Shown one piece after another: positions 13,001-24,548 of a stretch of 64,000 nt of DNA; the first letter of the stretch is position 1; each line of letters starts with the position of its first letter. Position numbers and translations under genes: made by a program. The stretch comes from Psilocybe cubensis (Eukaryota): assembly GCA_017499595.2 (NCBI GenBank), contig CM039000.1, positions 1,488,001 through 1,552,000 of the forward strand, read 5' to 3'. The notes below the pieces were generated by a model that was given only the letters and a program-made list of their open reading frames with translations, was not told where the DNA came from and did not search any database.

Positions 13001-15186
13001 CAAGAACAATAAGACATGTCAATATCGACACGACGACAGATAAGAAATGAATAGGATGAGTAAGAAAGAAGTGTATGACGAAGGTGAATGGTAATACAGA
13101 TTAGATAAAAGAAGCAAGGATGAGTCAGAAAGCATAGAAGATTGGTAAGACAAAGACAATAAAAGCGCAACAGACAATAGAAAAGATATAAATAAACACA
13201 AAAGGATGAGTAAGACAAACCAAAAATAAGTTGGAATGAGTAATCCGCAGCCTGACGCTGAGTAAGACCATTGAATTGATAAAAATAAAGTTGACAGTCC
13301 GGCTGTGCAAGGCAGTGTAGAAAGCTGTGCAGTTTGATGGTTGACTGATCCGTTGCATAGCCTTGATGATCCGACGAAGTGACATGATCTGGAATAACGT
13401 GGCTTCCATGTGACAAGTGTTGATAAGATAAGATGTGTGGATGACTTATGGAAAGAATGACTGCTTGGGTTGAGGGCGTTGTGTGTAGATCCAAAATGAA
13501 CATCTCATCTCCAATCAGGATTGGGGTATGATAGCGCCTTTACCAAAACGTTGTCGCATAGTGTCCTTGGCCCAAAGAAGGTTATGTTTTGGCTCGATGG
13601 CGTGGTTCCATCATTCCATGGGCACGCACATAATCGTGGCTGTCAGTTGGATTGGCATCCAATGTACCGGGAGGGAGTGGGGTTAGAGGATTTTGAGGAA
13701 TGCAAACGCACTTTTGGACGCTCAAATGAACTCGCTTCTGTTACGCGGCTTGCTTCCTCCTATCACTGTGTTTAGCATATCGATGAGCACTTCTCTTTCC
13801 ACGACGAAGATAAGCATGCCGGATCAGGTAGGTAACTAAGTTTAGTGCTCCACCTGAGATTAATTATGTGATCAGGAAATTTCATCTATCAAAACTATTG
13901 ACAGGCTCTCGAGCGAATTGACACCAAGTCTCACTATCTCGAGGCACTGGCGTCGCGCCTCAACACCGGCCCCAACAATTACAAGAGTTACTTACAAGCT
14001 GAACGTGCCCACCTCCTGTCATTGAAGTCGGAGCCTCCCGAAGTTCAAAGGGCCCTTGATTATATGGAGAAACTCAAGGAGTTTGAGCCGGTGAAGTAAT
14101 TGAATTACCTATTCCTGTTTTTTCTCTAACCCATTTTAGGAGGGAATATGATGCCGCAAAAAGGGACTATGACAATCTTGACTGGTCTGTTCGCTATCAG
14201 ACTCCGGCCATTGCAGCCATTAGGCAAAGGCACCAAACCTTGTTTAGAAAGTTGGAGCTCAAAGAACAGAGCTTGCTTATTTATGAAGAGGAACATGGCA
14301 TTACAGAAAGGTGGGATCCCAACTCCGAGTCGTACAAGCGGGGCGAGAAGCTTCTGCAAGAACGAAATTATCGCCATGCGGTTGACAACCTAGAGCGTCT
14401 CGTAGTGCAGAGATTATTCGAACTTATGAAGCTAAGGATGAACGGTGTTGGTAAGAGCTTTCTTTCATTTCAATAAATGTCACTTCTAATTGTGTATTAG
14501 GTTACAAGTTACGCGAGAAAATCAGTAAGGCACTACACGCAAGATCGGTAGCCATTCAGACAGCTTTGAAGCAATACAACACGGCGGCTTCCCTTCTTAT
14601 ACCCCCTCGCGAACCCTTGACATGGGCAACTGTTGTTCAGGCAGCCACTGTTGCCGACTTTGATCTTCTTCGTGATACCCGGAATGATATTTGTCAATTT
14701 CCTTGGACAGAACCATCGCGGCGTGAAGCTACTAATTTTTATTTCCGTATCAAGAGGGCCCGCAAAGAAATTGTACATCTTAATGTAGAGATCACCCGTT
14801 TGCTCACCTTCTTGTACAACACCCACGTTGATTACCAGCGAGCCATATGCAATAACAATGTTACAGATCTGCCGCTTGCATCATACCTATCTCGGGAATG
14901 GAACCGTCAAAACCGTATTGCTGAAGAGATCGTCAATCAGTTAGTGCAAACCTCTCGCCTTCATGGGTTCACCGGATCTTTGAAGATTGGGTCTCGGGTT
15001 GGTAGAGATCCTGAGTTGTGTGAAGGCATCCCGCCTCCTGCCTGGGCATCGCTTCTCATTGATCAACCCATGCCAATGACGGCGGCGCAGGAGTATTCAG
15101 CTGAAGACGAGATTGCCAGGGAGGTAGAACATGTAGATCTGAATCTTGTAGTAGAACTCATTGAACAAATCAGTATGTCGTCGTAG
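10033..15186 (+). pseudogene. KDZ transposase with CxC1-like domain, ~10 exons, disrupted
   Basis: Motifs LVRHGFIGAAPEKPTIAFSLEML, CAPCLY, AMDGNNSLK, GIFLIVCHHGHVL..DMIRSGE, GYDIMCAF, FHGHAHNRGCQL.WHP.YREGVGLEDFEEC. GT-AG introns at about 10184-10247, 10474-10520, 10697-10753, 10960-11006, 11343-~11390, 11758-11810, 13828-13875, 14096-14139, 14451-14500. In-frame stops near 13773 and 13898. Confidence 0.88.
11895..13533 (-). mobile_element. Solo LTR (1639 bp, probably Gypsy) inserted in the KDZ transposase
   Basis: GCGC TSD at 11891-94 and 13534-37. Removal restores GAT ATT ATG TGC GCC TTT (DIMCAF). Minus-strand termini are TATCATAC (decayed TGTCATAC)...TCTTCA. Confidence 0.88.
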
Positions 15187-16145
15187 CTGTGAATAGTTTC
15201 TGTAATTGGGACCTTTTGTAAATTGAATATATCTCATCTGTCATGTCTTTTGTGAACGTGAACAAATGATTGAATCGAAGGAGTGTTTCAATTTTTGTGC
15301 ATGTGCAGTACCAATCTGGGCGCTTAACTCGAGGTATTGGTTTGGACTGAAAATGACGCCAGACTACTCTTTTGGCTAACTGCATAATGGTATACATATT
15401 GCATCCATATAAAACTCTTAATATCAACATGTACTTCAGTCTTCCAATCACCACTTAGTTAGAACCAATAAAACAAGAGTGCTGTTTCAAAGTCTTAAGC
15501 AAACTACATATTGTGTTGTTTGAAACTATTCAACATGACTCGTTCAACGAAAACTTGTTAATGGTCAGTGGATAGTGAACTAAACGCCCATTCAAGATCA
15601 CAAAAATGGACAACAATATGAACCTAAAAGTAACTTGCATGTTATTTACCATAGTCAACCATGTAAAGTATAAAAACTGCACAATCTCCTTCGCAGAAAC
15701 GAAAGATTAACCAGTCGTTGTACTAAGAAACCGACAAATTCAAGTCAACGTGGCTGGCCTGCGTTCATTTGTACAACAGCATTGCGCAAAATTACTTCTT
15801 AAGACTAATACAATATAATGCTTTATGTATGTACACACTTTAAGCTATAAATCAAGCTGTATTCCAGAAAAGAAGTATTGTTGATACAAGTAGTGAACAA
15901 TTTACTAAATACCATAGGCCTAAAAATAGACGGCAATGTCCCGATCTGGTTGACAGATTAAGATCTCGTAGCAGGGTTGCGTACGTTTGGACTCATTACA
16001 TACATGAGGCCAGCCACATGAATTCTATCACTATTCGGAGATATGCGAATATTCATAAGTTCAATAAAGATGGCACACCGTCAAACAGCCATGAGAACAC
16101 CCCAACTTTCAGATTTTCCCCCTCATCATTTTGACTACCCTATAA

Positions 16146-17690
16146 TGCATTCGCCAAACGCAAATCAGCCTCCGTACATACTGCTCAAAAGCATTGAACG
16201 ACTGTTACGTCTCAGCAGCACTAAGGGCCAGGTTCCTCACTGGCGCGACATCAAATTCAGCGCGCTAGGACTGTACCAGCTACGTAGCTGGCTTGGAACG
16301 TACACTGCTGCACCGAATCTCTTTAACACCAATAAAAGTTGCTTCCGTGCCAGTGACATTGCGTTCTTTGCAGCAGGAGCGTCAACAGATGATTGTCACG
16401 ACCACGGCATCCAACATTTTTACTCGGATTGTGCCCCGTTCCGCAACGAGTTGACCTTCAAGATTGGCTACAGCACGGAGCCATTAAAGAAGGAGCGGAA
16501 CAAGTTGGAGGACGAAATTTAGGTTTTAACTCTGGGACATTGTATGTTTCAGCAGTGAAATTTATTTATATGCTATTGTTAACAACTTTGTATTACAGGC
16601 TGCGTTTCTTGACCGTCTGACCGGTGGTACGACCATGATAATGCGCCATGGCGGCACTGTTGTACCCGGCTCTTGCTTCCTTCCTGAATTTCTAAAAGTC
16701 CGCGTCTATCTCCCTCCTGCATTCATTGCCCACAACCCTGATTTACATCCGGCCATCTGCGATATTGTACAGCACTTTATTGAAACAGTAGCCGTTCGTA
16801 CTGCTGAAAAATGGTCTCCTCGTGCCAAGAGGACCTTGAATTACTCTATGACCCAGAAGGGAAGGCCCGTTCCAAATCCTTTTCCGTCTGTAAGCATTCC
16901 TCTGCCGGAGGAAGGGGCTGCCTGCTATATGTTCTTTGGCGGTCCGAGCGTTCATGATTCCATTTACCACTCCTCGCCCCCCCCTCCGATTGTTTCCATT
17001 TCCCATAATCGCAGTACCTCTCCGTCGCCATCGAATTCCTCTGATATGTATGCCGTCAAAAGCCTTTCCGACAGCGACTGCACCATTCTAGGCCTTCAGG
17101 AAGACATTAGTGCCTTACAAAAGGCAAACGAGGCCCTTTGTATTGAGCTGCAAGCTGCGTATGACCGATTGCACATCCTCGAGAAGCAGCTTATTGAAGC
17201 TCGGACCATCGTTCCAACTCATGTCCCCAGCACTCCCGCGCGTGCCTTCAATACATACTCTGGTATCTCTAAAACTCCTACCCATGTCCCAAAAACTCCA
17301 ACCCGTGACGTGAAAAAGGTGACCGCTCGCAGGAAGACTCCGTTGCGCAGTGCTTTTGAAACGCCATCCCATACTCACGCCTCCCCTGCCCCGGCCGCCT
17401 CACTGAGGTCACCATTTTCTGGGGCAGGGAGCTTTTGGGTCTTGTCTCCTTCAATTTCTACGGCTGATCTTTTTGACGATCCAACCGATTCATTTCTTAT
17501 GCTCCCTGTTTGCTTAGAGCAGCACAACATGTCTTCCCTTTTGCCCAAAATTCAGGAAATAGCTGCCTACCACCCAACAGAGGTGCACTTTGACGCATTA
17601 GTCAACTTGGGGCTGTTGAACAAGATTGCTCAGAAGATTGCCGCAATCATGGCAATTGATGCTTCTGTCTTGTCAAAGCAGGATCTGTGA
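16146..17690 (+). pseudogene. Cargo gene A of the KDZ element, unknown function; two exons, apparent frameshift and stop near the end of exon 1
   Basis: ORFs 16043-16522 and 16635-17690 joined by intron GTATGT...TTACAG (16542-16598). Globular-looking N-half, then Ser/Pro linker, coiled coil, TP-rich segment and helical C-terminus. Confidence 0.65.
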
Positions 17691-17983
17691 GTAGGTAATG
17701 AATTTTTTTGTAATTTTTTGTCCCTTCCTATGTTTTCCAATGACCCTTTTTTTTGTATACATTTTTGTAGGTCCGTTTAGGCTGTATGGCCAACAACCCT
17801 TTTGATTCGCACATCCATCCCTGACCTATGCCGTTCACCGAGTTATTCCTTTTTATTTTTTACAAAATTTACACTGTCAGCCCTTTCTAGGCTCCGTCGT
17901 TGGTATTGTAGCCTTATATACCTGGGTTTTACTGCACTTGAGATTTGCCCCACTTCTGTCTGTCCATACACGTACTTTTTGCA

Positions 17984-19395
17984 ATGTCTACCTTTCTCTC
18001 GTCGTCTACAATTCAATCTGTTTCTACCTGCCGTATTCGGCACACGAAAAGCAAGCCTGCTGCCCCAATGCCTGCTCAACTGAAGAAAGAGAAGGCTGCC
18101 CAGCGCAAGCAACTCAAGCGCTATTCAAGAGGCCGTAGACGAGTGGTTTTTGGCTACAAAAGCCAAGGCTAAGGAGCTAGCAGAACGGTTTGATCGAAAA
18201 CCGCGCTATTTCCTTGACCTATTTTTTCACGGCGGGGCACGCATGATCCACCAGCACGACAAGATTAATCTGTACAATGCGTTTATGAGCGTCAAGGCCC
18301 AACACCTTTGAGAATGTAAGCAACATTTCATTTTGCTATTAGATATTGGCTAATACTTGATGGCTAGCTGGAGATACAAAAAACCTTATTGACATGCAGA
18401 GCAACTTGAATAGGGAATACCATACTCTCAGTGAAGCTGAACGAGAGGAGATTGTTAACAAATATGAAACCAATAAGGCAGATAGTTGTATTGCACATAT
18501 TGCTCCCCGGGGACGAGTGCAGGACTTCTCAAATACTATTTGCAACATGATTGCACTTGTAAGTTTACTATTTAATTTAATGCACAATTCTCTACTAAAA
18601 AGCCCAGCTCAAAAGTTTGAAAACTCGCATAGGCGCCGAAGGTTTTTTTTGCATTGTACAAAACTCGCCTTCTTATCATATGGCACCCCAATGGCACTTT
18701 ACGTTTGAATCCCTTGAGAAGTATATGAAAGTGGCCACAAAATCATGGGCCACACACGACGTGGGTACTCGCATTGAGGCGTTCGCCATTGCAGGATGCG
18801 ACCCTATTAGTAATTGCTCGGATATTTTTTAGACATTCCAACTTGCTGACTTACACACCAGATCTTCTCACTTCTTCAAAGAAAAAGGCCGAGTACTACA
18901 AAACCAAAATCAGGGAGCTTATCGCTTCAAAGCTCCGTATGTATACATTATTACCTGACATTGATCTAAAACTGACATCTGTTACCACAAGGTGATATCA
19001 CAGGAAACCAAAATGCTGTAATGCAATACAGCCGCTATGATGAAGACATTGTCATGCGTTATGGAGTAGTTCTAGAAAGGTGGACTTACGAAAAACTCAT
19101 CAACCCTAGCGCCCTTAGCACATCCCTGCCATCTCTCAAAATGTTGCACGAGGCACTTAAGAAAGGTGACTGTAAGTTTGTTAAGTTGACAAGCGAACAG
19201 AAGAAGGAGTGGGAAAAGGCCTACATGGAACGTGTTCAAAAGGGTGAAGTAGAATGTTGTAAACGTAAAAAACGAAGTGACGCAGGTGTGCGCCGAAAGA
19301 CCAAGCGGGTAAGAAGCAATGACCAGGTCTCCTCCGATGATGATAAGGAAAATGACAGTGACGACGGGGACAACAGTGCGGATGCTAATAATTAG
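17984..19395 (+). pseudogene. Cargo gene B of the KDZ element, helical/HMG-like basic protein, 5 exons
   Basis: Introns 18316-18367, 18559-18607, 18810-18861, 18937-18991. Segments KINLYNAFMSVKA..EYHTLSEAEREEI, YDEDIVMRYGVVLERWT..NPSAL, RKKRSDAGVRRK, acidic tail. One frameshift (~18120) and one stop (~18309). Confidence 0.7.
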
Positions 19396-21003
19396 TTCTA
19401 CAGCCATTTCGGCCCAATGCTATATTAATACAATGGGCAGAAACTTGCCTATTTTGTCTCGATGAAATTACCAGAAAGAAGTCTAACCCCAAAAAAGCTA
19501 CGAAATGCACCTGGAATGGGAAGGTAAGTTCAACCGCATGAAACATAAAAACATACCACAGATGGGTATAACATTGTCGAACTTCCGAAAAGAACCGGCG
19601 TCTCTTACGGAAAGGTACCATATTAGAGTGCAAGTGCCAACCGCTATCCAAAGATATGGGGATAGTTGAAACAAAACATAAAAAAGGAAACAAAAGGTGA
19701 CTTAAAATAGAATTACACACATACTATCCGACTGTCGGCTACAAGAATGACCAACGGAATTTCAATTGCTCTGGTGGCGGGGTTAGAACACCAGGCTTAA
19801 CCAATTTGGTCCAAAATGCGCGTACATCACGTGTTAGGGCCATTGTCGGCGGCCGTGTTGGAGCACCAGTCCAGCCACTGCTGGAGGTGTCCAAATGCTG
19901 GTGTGCTCAGAGGATTACACCTAGAATATGGGCGGGCAACAATGTGTACAGTAAAACAGTTGTCAGAATATAAGTCTGTAAGTTAAGAGAAAATGTGCGC
20001 ACCAGTAAGATTAGTGGAAATAATGACAGTCGTTGACCCTCCTCCAAATGCATATTGTCCGTACATTCTAAGAGGAGATGAGCACCAATGGTGGGCAGGG
20101 CGACAGGCTGGTGGGACACAAGAGACATTATGCCATCCAGGTGCCACCTGGCAGAAAAAGAAGTTGAGGAGCATATGGTTTGCTGGGGCGATGCGGCAGA
20201 TAGGAGAGCGCGAGGTGATGAAGGGCTGTAGCAAAGGAAAGCTGACAGAGAGGGCCGGGAGGGAAGGGCAAGAGAGGGGAAGGACGGGAGTAGAGAAGGG
20301 CGGGAGGGGCGGGAGGGGCGGGAGGTCGGCGGAGGGCAAGTGGTCAATGTGGCAGAAAATCAACCATATTATACGGATATGGAAGGACTGCGGCACACGT
20401 AGAGGTACTATACAGTTTATGGAACTTACCGAGATAGAGTCAGTGTGACAGTCAGGGCAGTTGGGATTGGAGTCGCCGGGCAGGCATAATTGTAGGACAA
20501 AGGGCAGAATTAACAATTGAACTATTCACGAGTAAGGTAACAAAGAGGATTGCTTGCTAAATAACAGGCTTGTACCCATTTGGATTGGTCGGGTAATTAA
20601 CCGAGTAACGTGGGTAGGGTAGGTGGTCTTTTTAGCAACTTTTTCTGGTTATGTTCCTTTATCTAGGTCACAACCTTATTAACCTTGCCAAAAATGGCTT
20701 TCTGGAATTTAAAGGTGTGGTTTTAAGAGGAGATAGTAATATGATGTTGGAGATTGATTGCTTCAGAGGCTATAGGGGATAATGGTGGCAATGGCAGGTC
20801 TGCTTTAGATACTGGGTGTCTTTTCTTGGTACTGGATATAGATCTTTTCATATGAAATGGATTGTTCTTGTTAACAGAGCCTGTCTAGACTATTCCAAAG
20901 GTCAGTTTAAAATGCATGCTAAAAGACCAATTTACTTATCTCTCTACTTCTTAGTCTTTAGATGCACTGACTTTGATGGATTTTCTGGTCATTTATACAT
21001 AGG

Positions 21004-21749
21004 TGTGTGGAGAGTGGAGACAGGCTAGACACGGAGCCCGGCGAAACCTGACGACATCGGTCTGACATCTGAATACGTGAGGAGCCGCCACGAGCGACAG
21101 AGGATCCGACACAAGTGCGAGCCAAGGCGGAAAGTGCGCGTCTAAAAATAGGCGCGGTAGCAATAATTGGAGTACGCGACGCAGAACGCGCTCTTGTGGA
21201 CAAAACTCACGCGTAGCGGCCTGGCTTGTCCCGCGTTGGAATATAGTATGACGGCCTAAAGGTAGAGGCGCGGAGGAGTGGCCGCATGGAAGACATGAAC
21301 GTGCGACGGGAAAGAGGAACAAACTGAAAAGGGGTAAATTAGAAAAACCTGTATAAATACGAGGAAAGTAGATACGAGAAGGGCAGCGAATATCAGGACC
21401 AACTTATTCACTAAAATATCACCCCTAGAGCCTCTCGTCGAGCTTGGAACACACTCGTTTCGCTCCGAAACTAACGTACGTATAGCCATATTGGATTCGT
21501 CGTCTTTGTCACCATCTCATATAACCGCTATACCGTCGTCTCTCGCTTTCGTTTGATTATCTCCGCGTCTCGTCAACTCTCGTTTTTGTGCCAATACCTT
21601 TGCCATCCTTTGGCCTCGCCATACGCGCCTCAAAATCGTTTCCCGTCGTTTCACTTCTTACAAATTCCCAAACCACTCACTTCATACTTGCTGTTCTGTT
21701 TGGCGGACGCCACAGCATACTGTACCCACTCCATTTCTAACACCACACA
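21004..21749 (+). repeat. Probable solo LTR of another family
   Basis: Inverted termini TGTGTGG...CCACACA, TATAAATA at ~21352, CpG-rich against CpG-poor flanks. No TSD seen. Confidence 0.5.
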
Positions 21750-21769
21750 ATTCATCTATCTTACAGGTC

Positions 21770-24548
21770 TATTGAAGCAGGCAAGCTTGGGGCATTGTGA
21801 GCTACTTGGCTACCTAGTTATATAATGTAGGGCACAAGGATATGTGAGCACAAAGTGTCTGAAGTCCAAAGTGAGTAACTAGATGAATTGAGCAAAATGC
21901 TAATAAACTAACCTGAAGTCTAAAGTGAGTAACTGGGGACTTCAAGATATAAACTAGAGTGACTATATACTGTGTAGACTCAAATACTCTGGTCTATCTA
22001 GATCTATTCTGGTCCGGTCCAGACTAGTCTATAGACTGATAAATATCATGTGTCTAGAATGGTCTGGAGAGCAAATGAAGATAAGAAGAAAGTAATCTAA
22101 TCTGATAAGATAGCAAAGTGAGGGAGACATAGAGAGCAGTTTTAACACTCCCCCCTGTTCTGACAAGTCTCCAGAACAAAGAAAAATAAAGCAAAACAGA
22201 AAAAGAAAGATTAAAGTTTGAGACCCATTTTATCTCTACAAAAGTCCACTTTGGGAGGTGAGAGGGGTTTGGTAAGAATATCAGCAGCTTGCTGATCAGT
22301 AGAAATATAAGAAGGAGAAATCTTTCCAACACCAACAGCATCCCTAAGCCAATAATAGTGCAAATCAAGGTGCTTCATCCGTCCATGGTGCTCTGGATTC
22401 TTGGAAACACTGATAGATGACTGGTTGTCCATATGCAGCACAGAGGGCTTAGTGACTATGTAGCCAAACTTCTCAAGGATATTGCACATCCACACAATCT
22501 CCTTGGCTGCCTCCACCGCAGCAATATACTCTGCCTCAGTAGTAGACAGAGTTACAACAGTTTGGAGTTTGCTTGCCCAGCCAATAGCACCTCCAGCTAG
22601 AACGGTCAAATAACCACTTGTAGAGCATCCAGTATCTACACAATCACCATATGCAGCATCAGTGTAGGTGACAAAGTTATCATGGCCCACAGCGCCAGAA
22701 TAAGTCAACTTGTAATCCAGAGTGCCTTTGAGGTAGCGGAATAAATGTTTAACCGCAGCCCAATGCTTAGGCCCAGGATTGGAGTTGAAGCGTGCCAGAT
22801 AGGACACAGTAAAAGCAATGTCAGGACGGGTCATGGTGGCTAGATACTGCAAGGAGCCAACTGCATTGAGGTAGGGAACATTTCACATAAATTCCACCTC
22901 ATCTCTATTCTGAGGTCCATCTGCCTTGGACAGAACAGTGCCCACAACCATAGGTGTTTTGACCGGATTAGAATCAGTCATGCCATATGTATCAAGCATA
23001 TCAAGGATATACGGACGCTGATGCAAGGAAATGGTTTTAGCAACCATATCTTGCTTAATGGCAACACCAAGTAAATACTGTGTAGGACCCAGATCACGGA
23101 GTTCAGAACGCGCAGCTAGCTGCTTAACAGCTCTATCTATGGCGGCGTCCGATTTGGAGGCAAAGGTGATGTCATCAATGTAAATGGGAACAATAATCTT
23201 CACATTTCCATCTGAATAGATGTAGACAGAGCGATCTGATTCTATACACTTGAACCCCATATCTGACAATGCCTCATGCAACTTGAGGTTCCATTGACGT
23301 GCAGACTGCTTAAGACCATAGAGCGACTTTTTGAGTTTCAAAACCATGTTAGGACCACCTTGGTGAAATCCTTCAGGTTGTAGCATGTAAATCTCCTCGT
23401 CTAGGTCACCTTTAGTGAAAGCAGCTGTAATATCAACAGAGCGCAACTTCAAGTCTCCAATAGCGGCCAAAGCCACAATCAAGCGGAAAGTAGCAGGGCG
23501 GAAAGTAGGAGCAAAGACCTCATGGTAATCAATGCCAGGGCGCTGACTGTAGCCCTTGGCAACGATACGAGCCTTGTAGCGCTCTATACTGCCATCTGCA
23601 TTTCGCTTGATTTTAAAGACCCAACCACAGCCAATTGCCTTTTGACCCGGAGGGAGCTCAACTCGCTCCCAAGTTTGATTGTGCTGCAACAGATTGAATT
23701 CTGTATTAGCAGCCTCTTCCCACATGTGCGCATCAGGCGCTTTCATTGCCTGTTTGAATGTGCGCGGATCTGCGCTTGAAACAAGCCCAGCAAACTCCAC
23801 CTCTTCAAATCCAGGATCATTGGCTTCAGGTGGTTCAGGATCATGTGAGACCTTCCACCATTCACCAGGCTGCTTAGGAACGCAAGTAGTGCGTCTCAAC
23901 GTTGCAGGATCAACTGGAGCACGCTGGCGGCGTGCAGGCTTAGGAGGAGGTGCAGGAACGGCCTCAGGCTGTGGCGGTTCAGCTGGCTGTTCAGGAGGTG
24001 CAATAGGCACCTCTGGCTCAATGACAGGAATTGGAGTAGAGTCATCCTCATCATTATCAAAATTGAAGCCATTAGAGTCCCCCCATGAATTGGGAGGTGG
24101 TGCACTTGCAGAAGAAGTGGGAAGAAGGTTAAACTTTGGCATAGGGCCAGTGGACACCCCAGGAAAGCACCTTTTGTCGAAATCAGCTCTCTCAGAGATA
24201 ATGAACCTTTTGGTGACTGGGTTGTAAAACTCCCAGCCCTTGTACCCAGTAGGATACCCAACAAAGATACACTTCTCCATATGAGGCTGCAACGATTTGC
24301 GCTTATCTCCCTGAACATAAACATATGCAAGGCAACCCCAAACCCTCAAATGACTAACATCAGGTTTGCGCTTGTTCCAGCTTTCATACGGAGTCTTGTC
24401 TGGTAGAGGAGCTGTAAGAACACGATTCCATACATGCATGTATGCTGCAATACAGCGACCCCAAAACGAAGGTGGAACACGAGCCTCATTGAGCATGGAA
24501 GTAACATGTTTTGCCATGGTGCGATTTGCACGCTCTGCAACTCCGTTC
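21770..24548 (-). mobile_element. Copia family 1 copy A: 3' LTR (21770-22147) plus part IN, RT, RNase H; 5' internal region deleted
   Basis: ORFs 22883-24517 and 22211-22852 (RYKARIVAKGYSQ, YIDDI, ADILTKPL) split by a CGA>TGA stop; PPT at 22148-22155. Confidence 0.95.

Larger units (their letters stand above)
9036..20625 (+). mobile_element. KDZ-superfamily (CxC1/Kyakuja-like) DNA transposon, 11.6 kb, 341-bp TIRs, transposase plus two cargo genes
   Basis: TIR CACCTACCCTACCCACGTTACTCGG... at 9036-9376, mirrored at 20285-20625. Flanks are GTTTTTT / GTCTTTT. A KDZ transposase lies inside. Confidence 0.9.

Noticed and set aside
16043-19395. TET/JBP dioxygenase as KDZ cargo
   Set aside because: No convincing HxD...H...R double-stranded beta-helix pattern by eye; a profile search is needed to exclude it fully.
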